Assembly: GCA_965644295.1 (NCBI GenBank)
Contig: CBFFRP010000117.1
Span: forward strand, 1-20,039
Source of the DNA: Paraphysomonas bandaiensis
Lineage: Eukaryota; Protista; Chrysophyceae
Length of the DNA stretch: 20,039 nucleotides
Direction: 5' to 3'
This document shows positions 9,181-18,761 of the stretch, in pieces (within the stretch, counting starts at the first letter, position 1; each line of letters starts with the position of its first letter). The notes below the pieces were generated by a model. That model was not told where the DNA came from, did no database searches, and saw only the letters and a program-made list of their open reading frames with translations. The position numbers and the translations under genes are program-made.

Positions 9181-9790
9181 CAACGTATATTACAAGGCAT
9201 AGTCAAAATCTATGCAACGCCGTTACCTCGACATAACACCTCCGATGATATCAAACTCACGCCAAAACGCAATTAGAGGGATACCCAATACATGAATAGA
9301 CAGATATCTGATGGCAGATCTCATTCGCAGTCATATCAGCTGCGTGTGTGTGCTGCTCTGTGCTGGTGTGAACAGAGACCGTCGAAGCAGTCTGAATATG
9401 CTGACTGCACAGAGCCTTTCGGCCCCTCTCCAGATCGAATAAATCACTCTGATCGCTGTTCCTCAGTCCCCGAGGGTTCAGACAGGAGTCTCGTCTCTCC
9501 TTCCTCTTGCTGTGTGCTCATCTCTGTGATTCTCATCTGATGGATATGACTGCTCTCTCTTCCCTCTTGTTAAGCCTAATATAGGGTTATGAGATATGCA
9601 TATGGTCACATGAACTTACGTTGATCTCGTGTGTTGTTATTGTGGGGGTGAGAGCATCGTATGAGGGGTGTGGATGATGTGTGTGTGATGCTTGTCTTAA
9701 GAGGGAGGCATCATGATCACTTCACTATCAAAATCATAAAATGATGAAAAAAGTCAAAAAAAAGTATTTTTGAAAAAAAAACTGAAATCT

Positions 9791-9814
9791 GTTGTTTATT
9801 TCGAATCCCCCCTG
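9791..9814 (-). repeat. Right TIR of nested element
   Basis: GTTGTTTATTTCGAATCCCCCCTG, exact reverse complement of 7376-7399. Confidence 0.95.
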
Positions 9815-11125
9815 TATAGACTTCAGCTCAGTTTCAACTTTAACCATAACGCCATCAAGTAAGGCACGAGATCCTGGGACAAAGGGGTAAGGCGCCGGAC
9901 GTTGGTTTGGCATTGCAGTCAATATCTTCATTCCGTCCACCATAATGCGTTCTTTGCGATTCTTGTGGGGATACCAGAAAACATCTGCCACCTTTGCATG
10001 TATTCCGCATTGCTTCGTGGAATCATTGAACACGCTGACATGTTCCTCTGCAGCATAGGCACGATACATCACACGGACACCATTGGTAAAATAAGTGTCA
10101 TCTGCTGGTGTCACTGCCTCAAATAAGTTGGTGTGATCGTGAAACCTGGTAAAGTGATTTCACCAGGTTTCATATTTGGAAAAGTGTCGTATAAGTACTT
10201 ATTTGAAGACTAGGGTTAGTGTTAATTACAATTTAGTTGTTGTATATTTTCAATTATATATATTTTAAAAATATTTTACTAAAATATTGTATTATATTAT
10301 TGTTACTTTTCATATAAATCTACTGTAATAATACTTATGAAAATCTCACATCAACGTAACTATATATTATACATTATACACATACAATACGTGATTAGAT
10401 ACTATATTACTTTAAAGATAATATACTATAAATGAAACACAGTGTAGTTTCTAGCTACTTACGGCAGGGTAAAAGCTTACATGAAATGCCTTTGAAGCGT
10501 AGTGACAGTCCTTTCTTCTGCATCATCATGTAAACTACGCTATCAATCATTCTGATATTGTATTGTAAACATACACATAAATGAAGTGCAGTGTATGAGA
10601 TCATGTATCGTGATACATACCAGCAGCAGGTGTATTGTTGGCAACCCCAAGGGGAGCGACCGAAGGTGCAGGTGGACCGGCGACACCAAGAGGAACTACT
10701 GAAGACACAAGAGGATCGATCACACCAAGAGGAGCGGTTAATGGTTCAGGTGGGATCAAAGTAGGGGAATAGGAAGTGTCCTAACGTGTACAATCAAATG
10801 ATGGTATAATTTTTGTCTGTTTGAACTTGTTGATAGTGTTCATCACATCAGAGTCTTATCGTTCTTGGTCATGGGGGCAAACGAAGGATCAACATATTTA
10901 TCTAAAAGCGCCTCTTGTAGTCGGGGATAGCTATCAAATCCACTAAATTGCATTTGTGCTTCTTAGTGGACAGTCCGGTAATAATCTGGTGTTCATACTG
11001 CTGCGGAGAGTACACAAAGCGATTCCGTATTCGCATCTCTTGTAAGCAATGTCATCAATGTCACTTAAATTTGAAATATTGTTAACATACAACTGTTGTG
11101 TGCAAAAGTAAACCCAACTGTTGTT

Positions 11126-13262
11126 ATGATTGAGTCCAGCAATGACGAACAGGCAGAACAATTCCAGTAGCTGCTCCAAGATACCACCCATTACAGTGAT
11201 TTGTCAGGTGTTACCTATCAAAAACTCACGCTTAATTGTATTTAATGGGATTTGCGTGTATATCAGATGATGAGGACCGATCTGACGACGCAGCTGATCC
11301 TTTGACTCCTCCCACAGTCACGATGGTAGTTTGTAGTGGAGTTTGCGGTTGTGGTAAAGAGTTTCCACAAGAAGATCAATAATATGGATCAGACTATCGC
11401 TATGCCCAGCTCTGCGCGCAATGTATGAGACCTGAGCATACACCTCCTGCAGGTCCAGAAGAAGGTGTGGCTTACAATCCCCCCTGCTCTCCCACTCCTT
11501 CCATTAATTTTCAAGACCATACACCGCCGGTTGCTTTGCATTCTGCTGGTACCGAGGAGGAAGAGGTGTGGAGTGAAAACGAAGAAGAGGAGGAGAACAG
11601 CGGTGAGCAGCTGCTGGATAGTGGACACAGAATTGGGCACACAGTGGGTGCTATACTAAGTAATGTTTTGGACACACCATTTCCAAAGGAAGCGGGAGCT
11701 CGTTTAGACATCGAAGTCAATGGAGTTGAACAAGTTTTTGTGCCCGTGGTCAACCATCAGGACAATATATCACCGGAAACAGGAAGAAATATTTTGAGTT
11801 GTTTCCGAACCCTACTAAACTTCTCTATGGATACAGCCATGCGCATGCAGTGGTAGACCGAAGGAGCAATGTGGGTTGGATCTGTCACTGTATCCTAAAG
11901 CGCACTCTTCCTGATGGTGATACGGAATTAAGTACTGATGCTGAGACAGACATTAACTTGTCACATCGTCTGGTACTGTGGGAGATCTGGCACACGCGTT
12001 GCAACCGACCCAGGGTAGACATTCAACTATTTGATGTAGACACGAATTCGTTTCATCTTATCCGTCATGGGTTGAAGTGGCTACAGAAACATTGCTTGGA
12101 TAGCTTTTTAGAGGACAACTTCAAGCTCGACGAAGACTTCGTATCTCAACAGTATCAGCAGTACATACAAGTCAATCGCTGGGAGTACAATCCTAGTCGT
12201 GGACTTTCTTTGAATTGTAAAAATCCACAGAAAGCCCGCGATCGACGAGGAAATCTCGAAGAGAAAGCAAAGCGAGCAGCCAGTGTGGTCGACTTGTCTG
12301 GTGTTGCCGCGGGCGGTCGTGTGCCTGATGAGACTGGGGCACTTCGGTCTACGAGAATTGCTATACGAGCATCGCAGACCGCGATGAATGCCGTAGACAA
12401 TGAGAAGGCGGACAGTGAGTGCGATGTATCTACTATTTCTTCTCCGCCGATAACTCCTAATCCACGAAGTGCTGGCAACAAGAAAGCATCTACAGGGACT
12501 GCTACTATAAGAGAGCTGCTTGTGTTCTCTGGACCGATGAGCTCGATAAAAGACTTATTGTTCTCGTAAAGAGATATACCGGTTCAGCTCGTGGAGGGGG
12601 GATATCTTGGGTAGATGTTGAAAAGAAGTTTGGTAAAAAAGCTAATCGGCGCCAGTGCAAGTCCAGATACGCCAGTATTATGAAAGCTAATAAGAGGAGG
12701 AAGAGGAGGAGGAGGAAGAAGAAGAAGAGGAGGAGGAAGAAGAAGAGGAGGATAAAAGCAAGCCCAGATTGATGAAATGAGAAATCTGGTGCAGTCTATG
12801 AAGCGGGAAATTGAGACACTAAAGCGGGACAAAGCAAGTAAGCTTCCAGCTACTGCTGTTGCTGCTACCGACGTTCCTAGTCCTGGAAAAAATATCAAGT
12901 TTCAGCTTCTGTAGTGCATGACCTGACTAATTCTAAGTCTACTTTAAGAAAGAGTCGTCGGATGAAAGAGATGGAGAGCTCTGAGGAGTTGCCTGTATGC
13001 AATGATGATGGGCACTCCAGCAGCAGTTGTGAAGAGGAGGCACCATTGAGAGCTTCGTCGAAAAATGAGACCTCCCCGTCGAAACCGAAGCAAAGATAGA
13101 AAGAAGAGCAGGAAGAACTCCTACACAGAAAGTCTTCTACTGGAACACATTCATATGGCTTATGAACGTGACAACTTCAAAGCTGAAGTCCAGCGCCTCG
13201 AGCTTGAGAACCGGAAGGAGAAGAACGAACAAGGAATTCTGCAGAATGTTATTGAAACATAG
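11126..13262 (+). pseudogene. Myb/SANT-domain accessory protein pseudogene (Cys cluster, acidic region, Myb domain, coiled-coil-like tail)
   Basis: Candidate ATG 11126 and phase-compatible intron 11208-11266. CSGVCGC...CAQC at 11332-11424 with TAA at 11380. Myb-like WTDELDKRLIVLVKRYTGSARGGGISWVDVEKKFGKKANRRQCKSRY begins at 12530 in a frame missed by the ORF track. The ORFs 11425-11856, 11799-12569, 12914-13099 and 13065-13262 look like frameshifted pieces. Confidence 0.72.
12692..12752 (+). repeat. Purine-only (GAG/GAA)n microsatellite
   Basis: AAGAGGAGGAAGAGGAGGAGGAGGAAGAAGAAG... directly after the Myb domain; reads as poly-Glu or poly-Arg/Lys depending on frame. Confidence 0.9.
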
Positions 13263-13533
13263 AGAAGAGTAGAGTGTGCATTGCATCTTTGTTGCACTTC
13301 TGTTCAATAATTATGTGGTTTTAAGTTTATACAATGACTAGCTAGAACTAGTTTGTAGCTCATTCATGTACAACATAGCAATCGAAGGGTTAGTTGAGAT
13401 CATTTTTATACTGAAATTAATATTAATTTGCAATATTAGTCAATAATATATCAATACAAATGCAGAGAACTATTTATTTGCACTCTAGTAACTAGCTAGT
13501 TTTAACAAGGAATGTACGTCAAAAACGTGGGAA

Positions 13534-13564
13534 AAAATTTCCTACGTTTGCATATTGTTTACTT
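13534..13564 (-). repeat. Right TIR of outer DNA transposon
   Basis: Reverse complement reads AAGTAAACAATATGCAAACGTAGGAAATTTT. Confidence 0.9.
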
Positions 13565-13819
13565 CTACAAGCAACTTCCAGAGTACAGAAATTGCATCTT
13601 ATTATCAATAATCAATATATACATCATATGATTCCCAGGCCAGCAGAGGAAAGCCTACAGGAATGACCTTCATCCATATATACATAATTATATAAGAAAA
13701 TCTGATTATTACATACATGAGAACGGTTGTTGGGTACAGAAACTAGTATTATATCGATGGACTGACTAAACAGGGCTTGCTATGTACTACTACTGTAGTG
13801 GCGGGCAACCGTCTCAGGA

Positions 13820-13855
13820 CTGCTTGTGCATCGCTGAGAGCACCATGGTGCAACC
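13820..13855 (-). other. Conserved 36-nt 3'-end motif, copy 1
   Basis: Minus strand GGTTGCACCATGGTGCTCTCAGCGATGCACAAGCAG, 31/36 identical to 17530-17565. Confidence 0.8.
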
Positions 13856-15068
13856 GTCCCTTGTAGTGAGGTTAGTCGGGGGGTCTGCCTTTGAGCAGTG
13901 TGTCTGGCGGGCCTGTGCCATGGGATATACGGGGGAAGGTTGGGGCTAGATGTATATATATGAGAGTGTAAGTCGGTGGTGGAGATGGTGCTGCTGGATG
14001 TCGAGGTGGGATTTCGGCCACAAGTAAGAGGAGGAGTTGTTTCCGGAGTGGTGGCGCTTGTCTCTGTCGGGTTCGGACTCTTGCAAATGATAGAATTCTT
14101 GGGGTGGATGTCGCTTGGAGTAGTTGGAGTGTTTTTGGTGTCTGGTGGGTATCCTGTGACTGGCGTTGTTGCTGTGAGTGTGTGGGGTCGTAATCGGTGT
14201 TACTGGTGTCGTGTCTGCAAGCTTGTAGCTTGTGAGCGACTGGATCAAGTCCGGGTGGGATGATGGAGTGGTGGGCTGTGAAGTGTTTGTTCAGCTCGTC
14301 GTGTATGTCTGTGGGGAGGGTCAGGGAAACGCCGTTCTCCAAGGTGAGTTGGGTGTGGGATGGCGTCTGTTTGCGCTTTAAACCTATTGCCTGAAGGGCT
14401 TTCCCGATGTGTTGGAGTTCCAGATGGACCTGGATGGTGTGGGTCCTTTGGGTCATGCGCTTCCGCATTTCTGTTCGTGCTCTTCCTTGGAGCAATCGGG
14501 TGAGGTCTTCCCGTACAGGGTGTCAAACTGTGTGCTATTGATGGTCGTGACCGTCCATGTCAGCATCTGACACGGGTTCACGGCAGGCCTGATGACGGTG
14601 GTGGGTGGGTGGGATGGGTCCTCTGAGGCTCGGTCCAGTTCGGCTGTGGTGACCTCCCATCGTTGTAGTCCTCTTTGTATAAGACTGTAAAGACGTGTGT
14701 CGTCTACGTGTGGTTGGAGGTACACGGCCCTAGTGAAAAACTTTCTTTTGAGGTAGATGACTAATAAGTGTAGTGCTGTCTGTATGACTCTCATTTCCGC
14801 AGAAAAGCCGTCTTTGAAGCAAGAACGTTTGCGTTGGCATATAGGAGGTGAATAATGCGTGCTTTCTTCGTTCTATCCGCGTTACGTGTGTCGTGAGCCG
14901 CGTCAATGGTGATGCGGTGGATAAGTGCTAGTTTGGTGGCGGCGTGGTCGGCAGGGTGTGAATGTGCAGAGGGCTCCGGGAGGGATTGATGATGAGTGCT
15001 GAGATGCTGTTGGTATTCCTCCACCATTCCTGATCGGCGGGGTTGATGTTGAGCCATGATGGCGGGAG

Positions 15069-15485
15069 CTAATGGTGTTGCTCCTTCGACAACGGGGGTC
15101 CTGTTCCACTGATGCAGATGTCGGTCCAGACCGGTCTGTGGTCAAAAGTAGCTGCCGTGAGGGCGTCCGAGGTGTAGCACCCGTTGCCAGAGATGTGTAT
15201 GTATGTGGGGAGAGGCGTGTGAAGGATGTGGTCTATTCTGGAGATTCCGCGGTCTTTCCGGAAGTAGGTGAAGAATGGGTCCTCAGTATTGATGGACTGT
15301 ATGAGGGGGGCTGTGAGTTGGAGGGATGCTGCCAATCCACGTAGGTCTCGCTTTCCAGTGTGGCCTTCGAGCGAGGCATTGAAGTCACCGCCTACAAGGA
15401 CTGTGTGATCGTTGGCCCTGACCTTAACAATCCATTTATAGTGAGGATGTTCGTGAGGATATGGAGTACGGTCGTGAGGCACCAT
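15069..15485 (-). pseudogene. APE-type (EEP family) endonuclease, C-terminal half, from LINE ORF2
   Basis: VLVGGDFNAS, FTYFR, SRIDHIL, FDHRPVW match the canonical GDFN / RIDY / SDH series. Confidence 0.88.
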
Positions 15486-16282
15486 AAATTATAATCAATA
15501 TCTCTTATCATTCATCAATTTCATGTTGTCTCTACTACCACTCATTTCTCGTACGACGATCTTACGTCGTCACTACAACTTGCATCGTCACTATATTCCG
15601 TTTTACCGCTATATACTTATCGTCATAATTCTCTGCCCTACGATGGCAAATACAGTCCAACATAAAGTTTCACTCTATTAACCAGCTCCAAGCCCAATGT
15701 CTCTATTGAAACTGTGGCTGAGTCACATCAGTGTGCCCAGGGCCTTTTACACTCCCTTACTGCTGCATTTTGTTGACCACCACGCTTCCGACAAATTACC
15801 TGTCACACCATGTTGTACACGCTCCAAGCCCCCCTGCCTGGCCTTGCAACCTTCACCCTACTCAACTACTTCAGTTAAACCACGTGCCTGCACCAATGCA
15901 GCGCTGACCGCACCTACGTGCTATCCCCTCAGCAGACAACTTCGTCTCACCCATCGCTTTCTACGGCTACAACCTCTCAGAACATGGCTCGTGCGAGCAG
16001 GCTCACGAAAACGACCCCCATGGACCCCCTATGCAATCACTGAATACTCTCGATCCCTCTCAACTGTGCAACAGGGCTGCCTTCTGCCGCCCACTCAACC
16101 CAACCCAACATGGTTTGTCTGTGGTCCATCCACCCAGCAGGCTACCCCCTCACCCTGTTCACCTATCACCCCCACAGCCCATCCATCTCATTGGATAGAC
16201 ACTGTATTCCGCATACGGTATACTCGACTACTGTACTACTGTGTCCTACAGGATGTATACCATTCCGTGTATACCTCTACTG

Positions 16283-16384
16283 CTGTTGGACACATCACCA
16301 TGTCCATGTACCTGTCTACCTGTACTGTTGGACACATCACCATGTCCATGTACCTGTCTACCTGTACTGTTGGACACATCACCA
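16283..16384 (+). repeat. 42-bp tandem repeat, ~2.4 identical copies
   Basis: CTGTTGGACACATCACCATGTCCATGTACCTGTCTACCTGTA starts at 16283, 16325 and (partial) 16367. Confidence 0.95.
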
Positions 16385-17529
16385 GCTCTCTCTCACTGTC
16401 CAACACACTCATAACACCACTGCAGTGTCATACACACACACAGTACACTCTACCTCCTCCTAGAAAACCCCCAGACAAACTATCGCCTCTCCCTTACTGG
16501 GCGTATTGGTCCACCCACTATTCCTCCTTCCTTCCACAAACTCAATTCCTTCCATCTTATGATGTGTTTTGCTCCAACGATCACTTCTTCCTGGACACCA
16601 AATACCCGGTGGAGTTGGAACTACACGCGCTACTCGAGAGAATTCCTGACTTCGTCATCATGCGTCTCCAAAATGTGTTGCAATGTCATTCCAAGGGAAT
16701 GCAAGGAGTCCACCGTGCCAGGTCCATCAACCATCCCTCCCACGCCCTTCAGGGGAAGGAATTCTCCTCCGATAACAGCGGTGACGGACCTAGCAAATCC
16801 ACCCACACATTACCCTTATCCACTAAGGATGCCACCACACCGTATGCAACGTTATTTGACTATTTCCCAGTCAAACGGAAGCCACCTACCACCAACCCTA
16901 CTCAACTGAACACCATGGGAACTCCAGCATTAGCCCCAGACGGCCCATCCTCACTCTCCACTACCACTCCTGACCTCAGGCCGGATGTACTGCCCAAGGA
17001 TATTGCCACATACCCCCTACACTACACAGAGGGCCGGGGTCACACGCCCTTTCACTCCGATCTGCTGAACAACTGGGTTAGATATGATGAAACCCAAACC
17101 ATTGCTGCCTCCCCACAGGGAAACCTTTTAAAAGAAATATACGCACACATGCTATCCCCTGCCTGTTTAGACATATGGGAAGGATTCATAGCCAAGGCTT
17201 CCAGGACGGACAACTATGATCTCATGATATCATTCACGCTACCAGAGCACAAATTGGACACCACGCACAGCGCCCTACTAGTTGCCCAGCATCTCGCGAA
17301 TGGCAACAAACCCTGGGCAGACTCCACTCATGTTGTATCTAGGCATGTGCGGACCCTTTGCCTGACACATCTGGAACTAGGTGCACTCAGGACCCTAATT
17401 CAGAATGCTGAGCCCCCTCCAAAACCAATGGAGACCCATCCCAAAGGGAGACCCCCAGATCAAAAGCGCCGGTGAGTCCACGGACACACGATAAAGGCGA
17501 ATTTCATATCACACAAAAAGAACGGAAGT

Positions 17530-17565
17530 GGTTGCACCTTGGTGCTTGCGGCGACGCACAAGCAG
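17530..17565 (+). other. Conserved 36-nt 3'-end motif, copy 2
   Basis: GGTTGCACCTTGGTGCTTGCGGCGACGCACAAGCAG, downstream of the KGRPPD-ending ORF. Confidence 0.8.
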
Positions 17566-18137
17566 CTTTCGTAGCGTTAAATAGTAGGATAAAAGAGTTT
17601 GTATTGATTAGTTACGGGTAGTGGTCTAACTAGTATGACTAGCATTCTACTAGCCACTAATTGATGCAAGGTCTCAACGCCTATTGCTAAATAATCAGAC
17701 ATTCACTACTTATCGTCATTCATTCTCACAATACGATTAACAAGACTACAACAGTATACTACAGTAATTTAAATACCTTATAACTACAGCTTTCAATTGT
17801 TCTCATATAGCAGAACTCAACAGTTTAAGCACTAATTATGCTTATCTACGCTTTCTTACTAAGTTCAACTACTAATTATGTCGTTATCTAACATAGTCAA
17901 TGTATATGATAACTGCTTATTTCAATTATGAACAGCATCTTTATATTGTAAACAAACAATATTGCCATATTTTTTATTTACTCAATCACACGCTGAGTAC
18001 TTCCGGCGACTTTACCTCAGCTATGATACACACTTGGGACCTAGTGTTCACAAATGCTGTCAGTCACAGAAATAAAAGGCGTAACTAATTTACACTCAAA
18101 GTCATGCAATTCATATCATCATAACCATATCATACTA

Positions 18138-18761
18138 CTATTCTATTGTCTTCATGGTATCAAATGTTGGCCACTGGAATCCATCAACATGTGTCAGATA
18201 GCTCAATCCTGAGGCTTCCACTCCTCCAAGTATACATGAAAACACTGGTTGATATCTCACAGAGATATATTTATAGTTGATTGGGGATGCAAGTGTCCAA
18301 AAAGCCACATCTGTATAAAACGTGGGCATTAGATCACGACTTAATCTTGACGGAAGGGCCTTCCGTTGCTCACTACCCTCCACCATCGCAGGAACAACAA
18401 AAAAGCCTAAACATACTGGCATCGCAAGAAATGTATTCTCTATAGCTACTTTCATTGCAACGTAAGCCAATGATCCTTCGGTCAGGTGGCTCATGTGACG
18501 TGCCATAAAACGGTGCAAGAAAGGAAACCACGCCATTGTCAATGGTGCTATGTAGAAAAAACCAGTGACAGCGACACCAAGAGTTCTAAAGATATCTATT
18601 CCAAGTTCACCACACCAAGAACTTATCGCATTATGATTTTTAACGCCCCCATTGAGTACGTCTATTGAGGGACTAGACAACTTTTGAGACACAACATCTC
18701 CCGCTGTCACCACTCCCCCCAGAATAATCCATTCAAGCATCTTCGGAAAACGCTTAAGCAT
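18138..18761 (-). CDS. Mpv17/PMP22 family membrane protein
   Basis: GGVVTAGDVVSQ, D.FRT...TGFFYIAPL..AWFPFL, KVAIEN.F.AMP, FWT.ASPINY...SVRYQ, LSYL and four hydrophobic segments. First in-frame ATG is at 18761; an upstream exon cannot be excluded. Confidence 0.88.
   Translation of the reverse strand: MLKRFPKMLEWIILGGVVTAGDVVSQKLSSPSIDVLNGGVKNHNAISSWCGELGIDIFRTLGVAVTGFFYIAPLTMAWFPFLHRFMARHMSHLTEGSLAYVAMKVAIENTFLAMPVCLGFFVVPAMVEGSEQRKALPSRLSRDLMPTFYTDVAFWTLASPINYKYISVRYQPVFSCILGGVEASGLSYLTHVDGFQWPTFDTMKTIE

Larger units (their letters stand above)
7376..9814. mobile_element. Nested non-autonomous TIR DNA transposon with TA target-site duplication
   Basis: Perfect 24-bp TIRs CAGGGGGGATTCGAAATAAACAAC (7376-7399 and 9791-9814), TA on both sides (7374-7375, 9815-9816). 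Excision restores a minus-strand reading frame. Confidence 0.92.
7260..11100 (-). pseudogene. Transposase-like pseudogene of the outer element, probably internally deleted, and split by the nested element (pieces ~11100-9815 and 7373-7260)
   Basis: LFEAVTPADDTYFTNGVRVMYRAYAAEEHV...ELKSI joins in frame to HPTIFNEWKLWEARMPKSDNVNEYL once the insertion is removed. Cys-containing N-terminal remnant near 10900-11050 and intron-like segments at 10200-10620. No catalytic DDE/D core is visible, so identity rests on context and recalled resemblance. Confidence 0.5.
6942..13564. mobile_element. Decayed two-gene TIR DNA transposon (6.6 kb including a nested insertion); superfamily uncertain
   Basis: 31-bp TIRs with 30/31 identity, flanked by CTA at 6939-6941 and 13565-13567. 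Contains divergent transposase-like and Myb/SANT pseudogenes. Confidence 0.8.
13784..15490 (-). mobile_element. Non-LTR retrotransposon (LINE) remnant: 5'-truncated APE endonuclease and linker, no RT, apparent 3' end retained
   Basis: APE motifs, then frameshifted ORF pieces (14791-15057, 14453-14794, 13872-14495) ending KGRPPD*, a conserved 3' motif and a short (GTA)n-like tail. The sense strand is C/A-rich. Confidence 0.8.
15697..17600 (+). mobile_element. 3' remnant of a related non-LTR retrotransposon; contains a 592-codon C-rich ORF (15697-17475) with no recognisable domain
   Basis: Same C/A-rich sense-strand bias as the minus-strand LINE remnant. The ORF ends KGRPPDQKRR and is followed by a 31/36-identical 3' motif. 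No RT or EN motifs seen. Confidence 0.55.

Noticed and set aside
9734-10114. Stand-alone 126-aa membrane protein
   Set aside because: Its hydrophobic tail is read-through into the TIR and A/T runs of the nested element; the real continuation is at 7373.
6942-13564. Helentron, or RIP-like C-to-T hypermutation of the decayed genes
   Set aside because: No Rep/helicase motifs were seen, and ancestral codons cannot be inferred from one copy, so neither can be supported here.
16283-16384. CRISPR-like array
   Set aside because: The units are contiguous identical 42-mers with no spacers and no cas genes nearby; it is a simple tandem duplication.
13784-17600. Single LINE insertion inverted by twin priming
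   Set aside because: Both arms carry their own diverged 3' end (KGRPPD plus the 36-nt motif), so they are two separate related elements.
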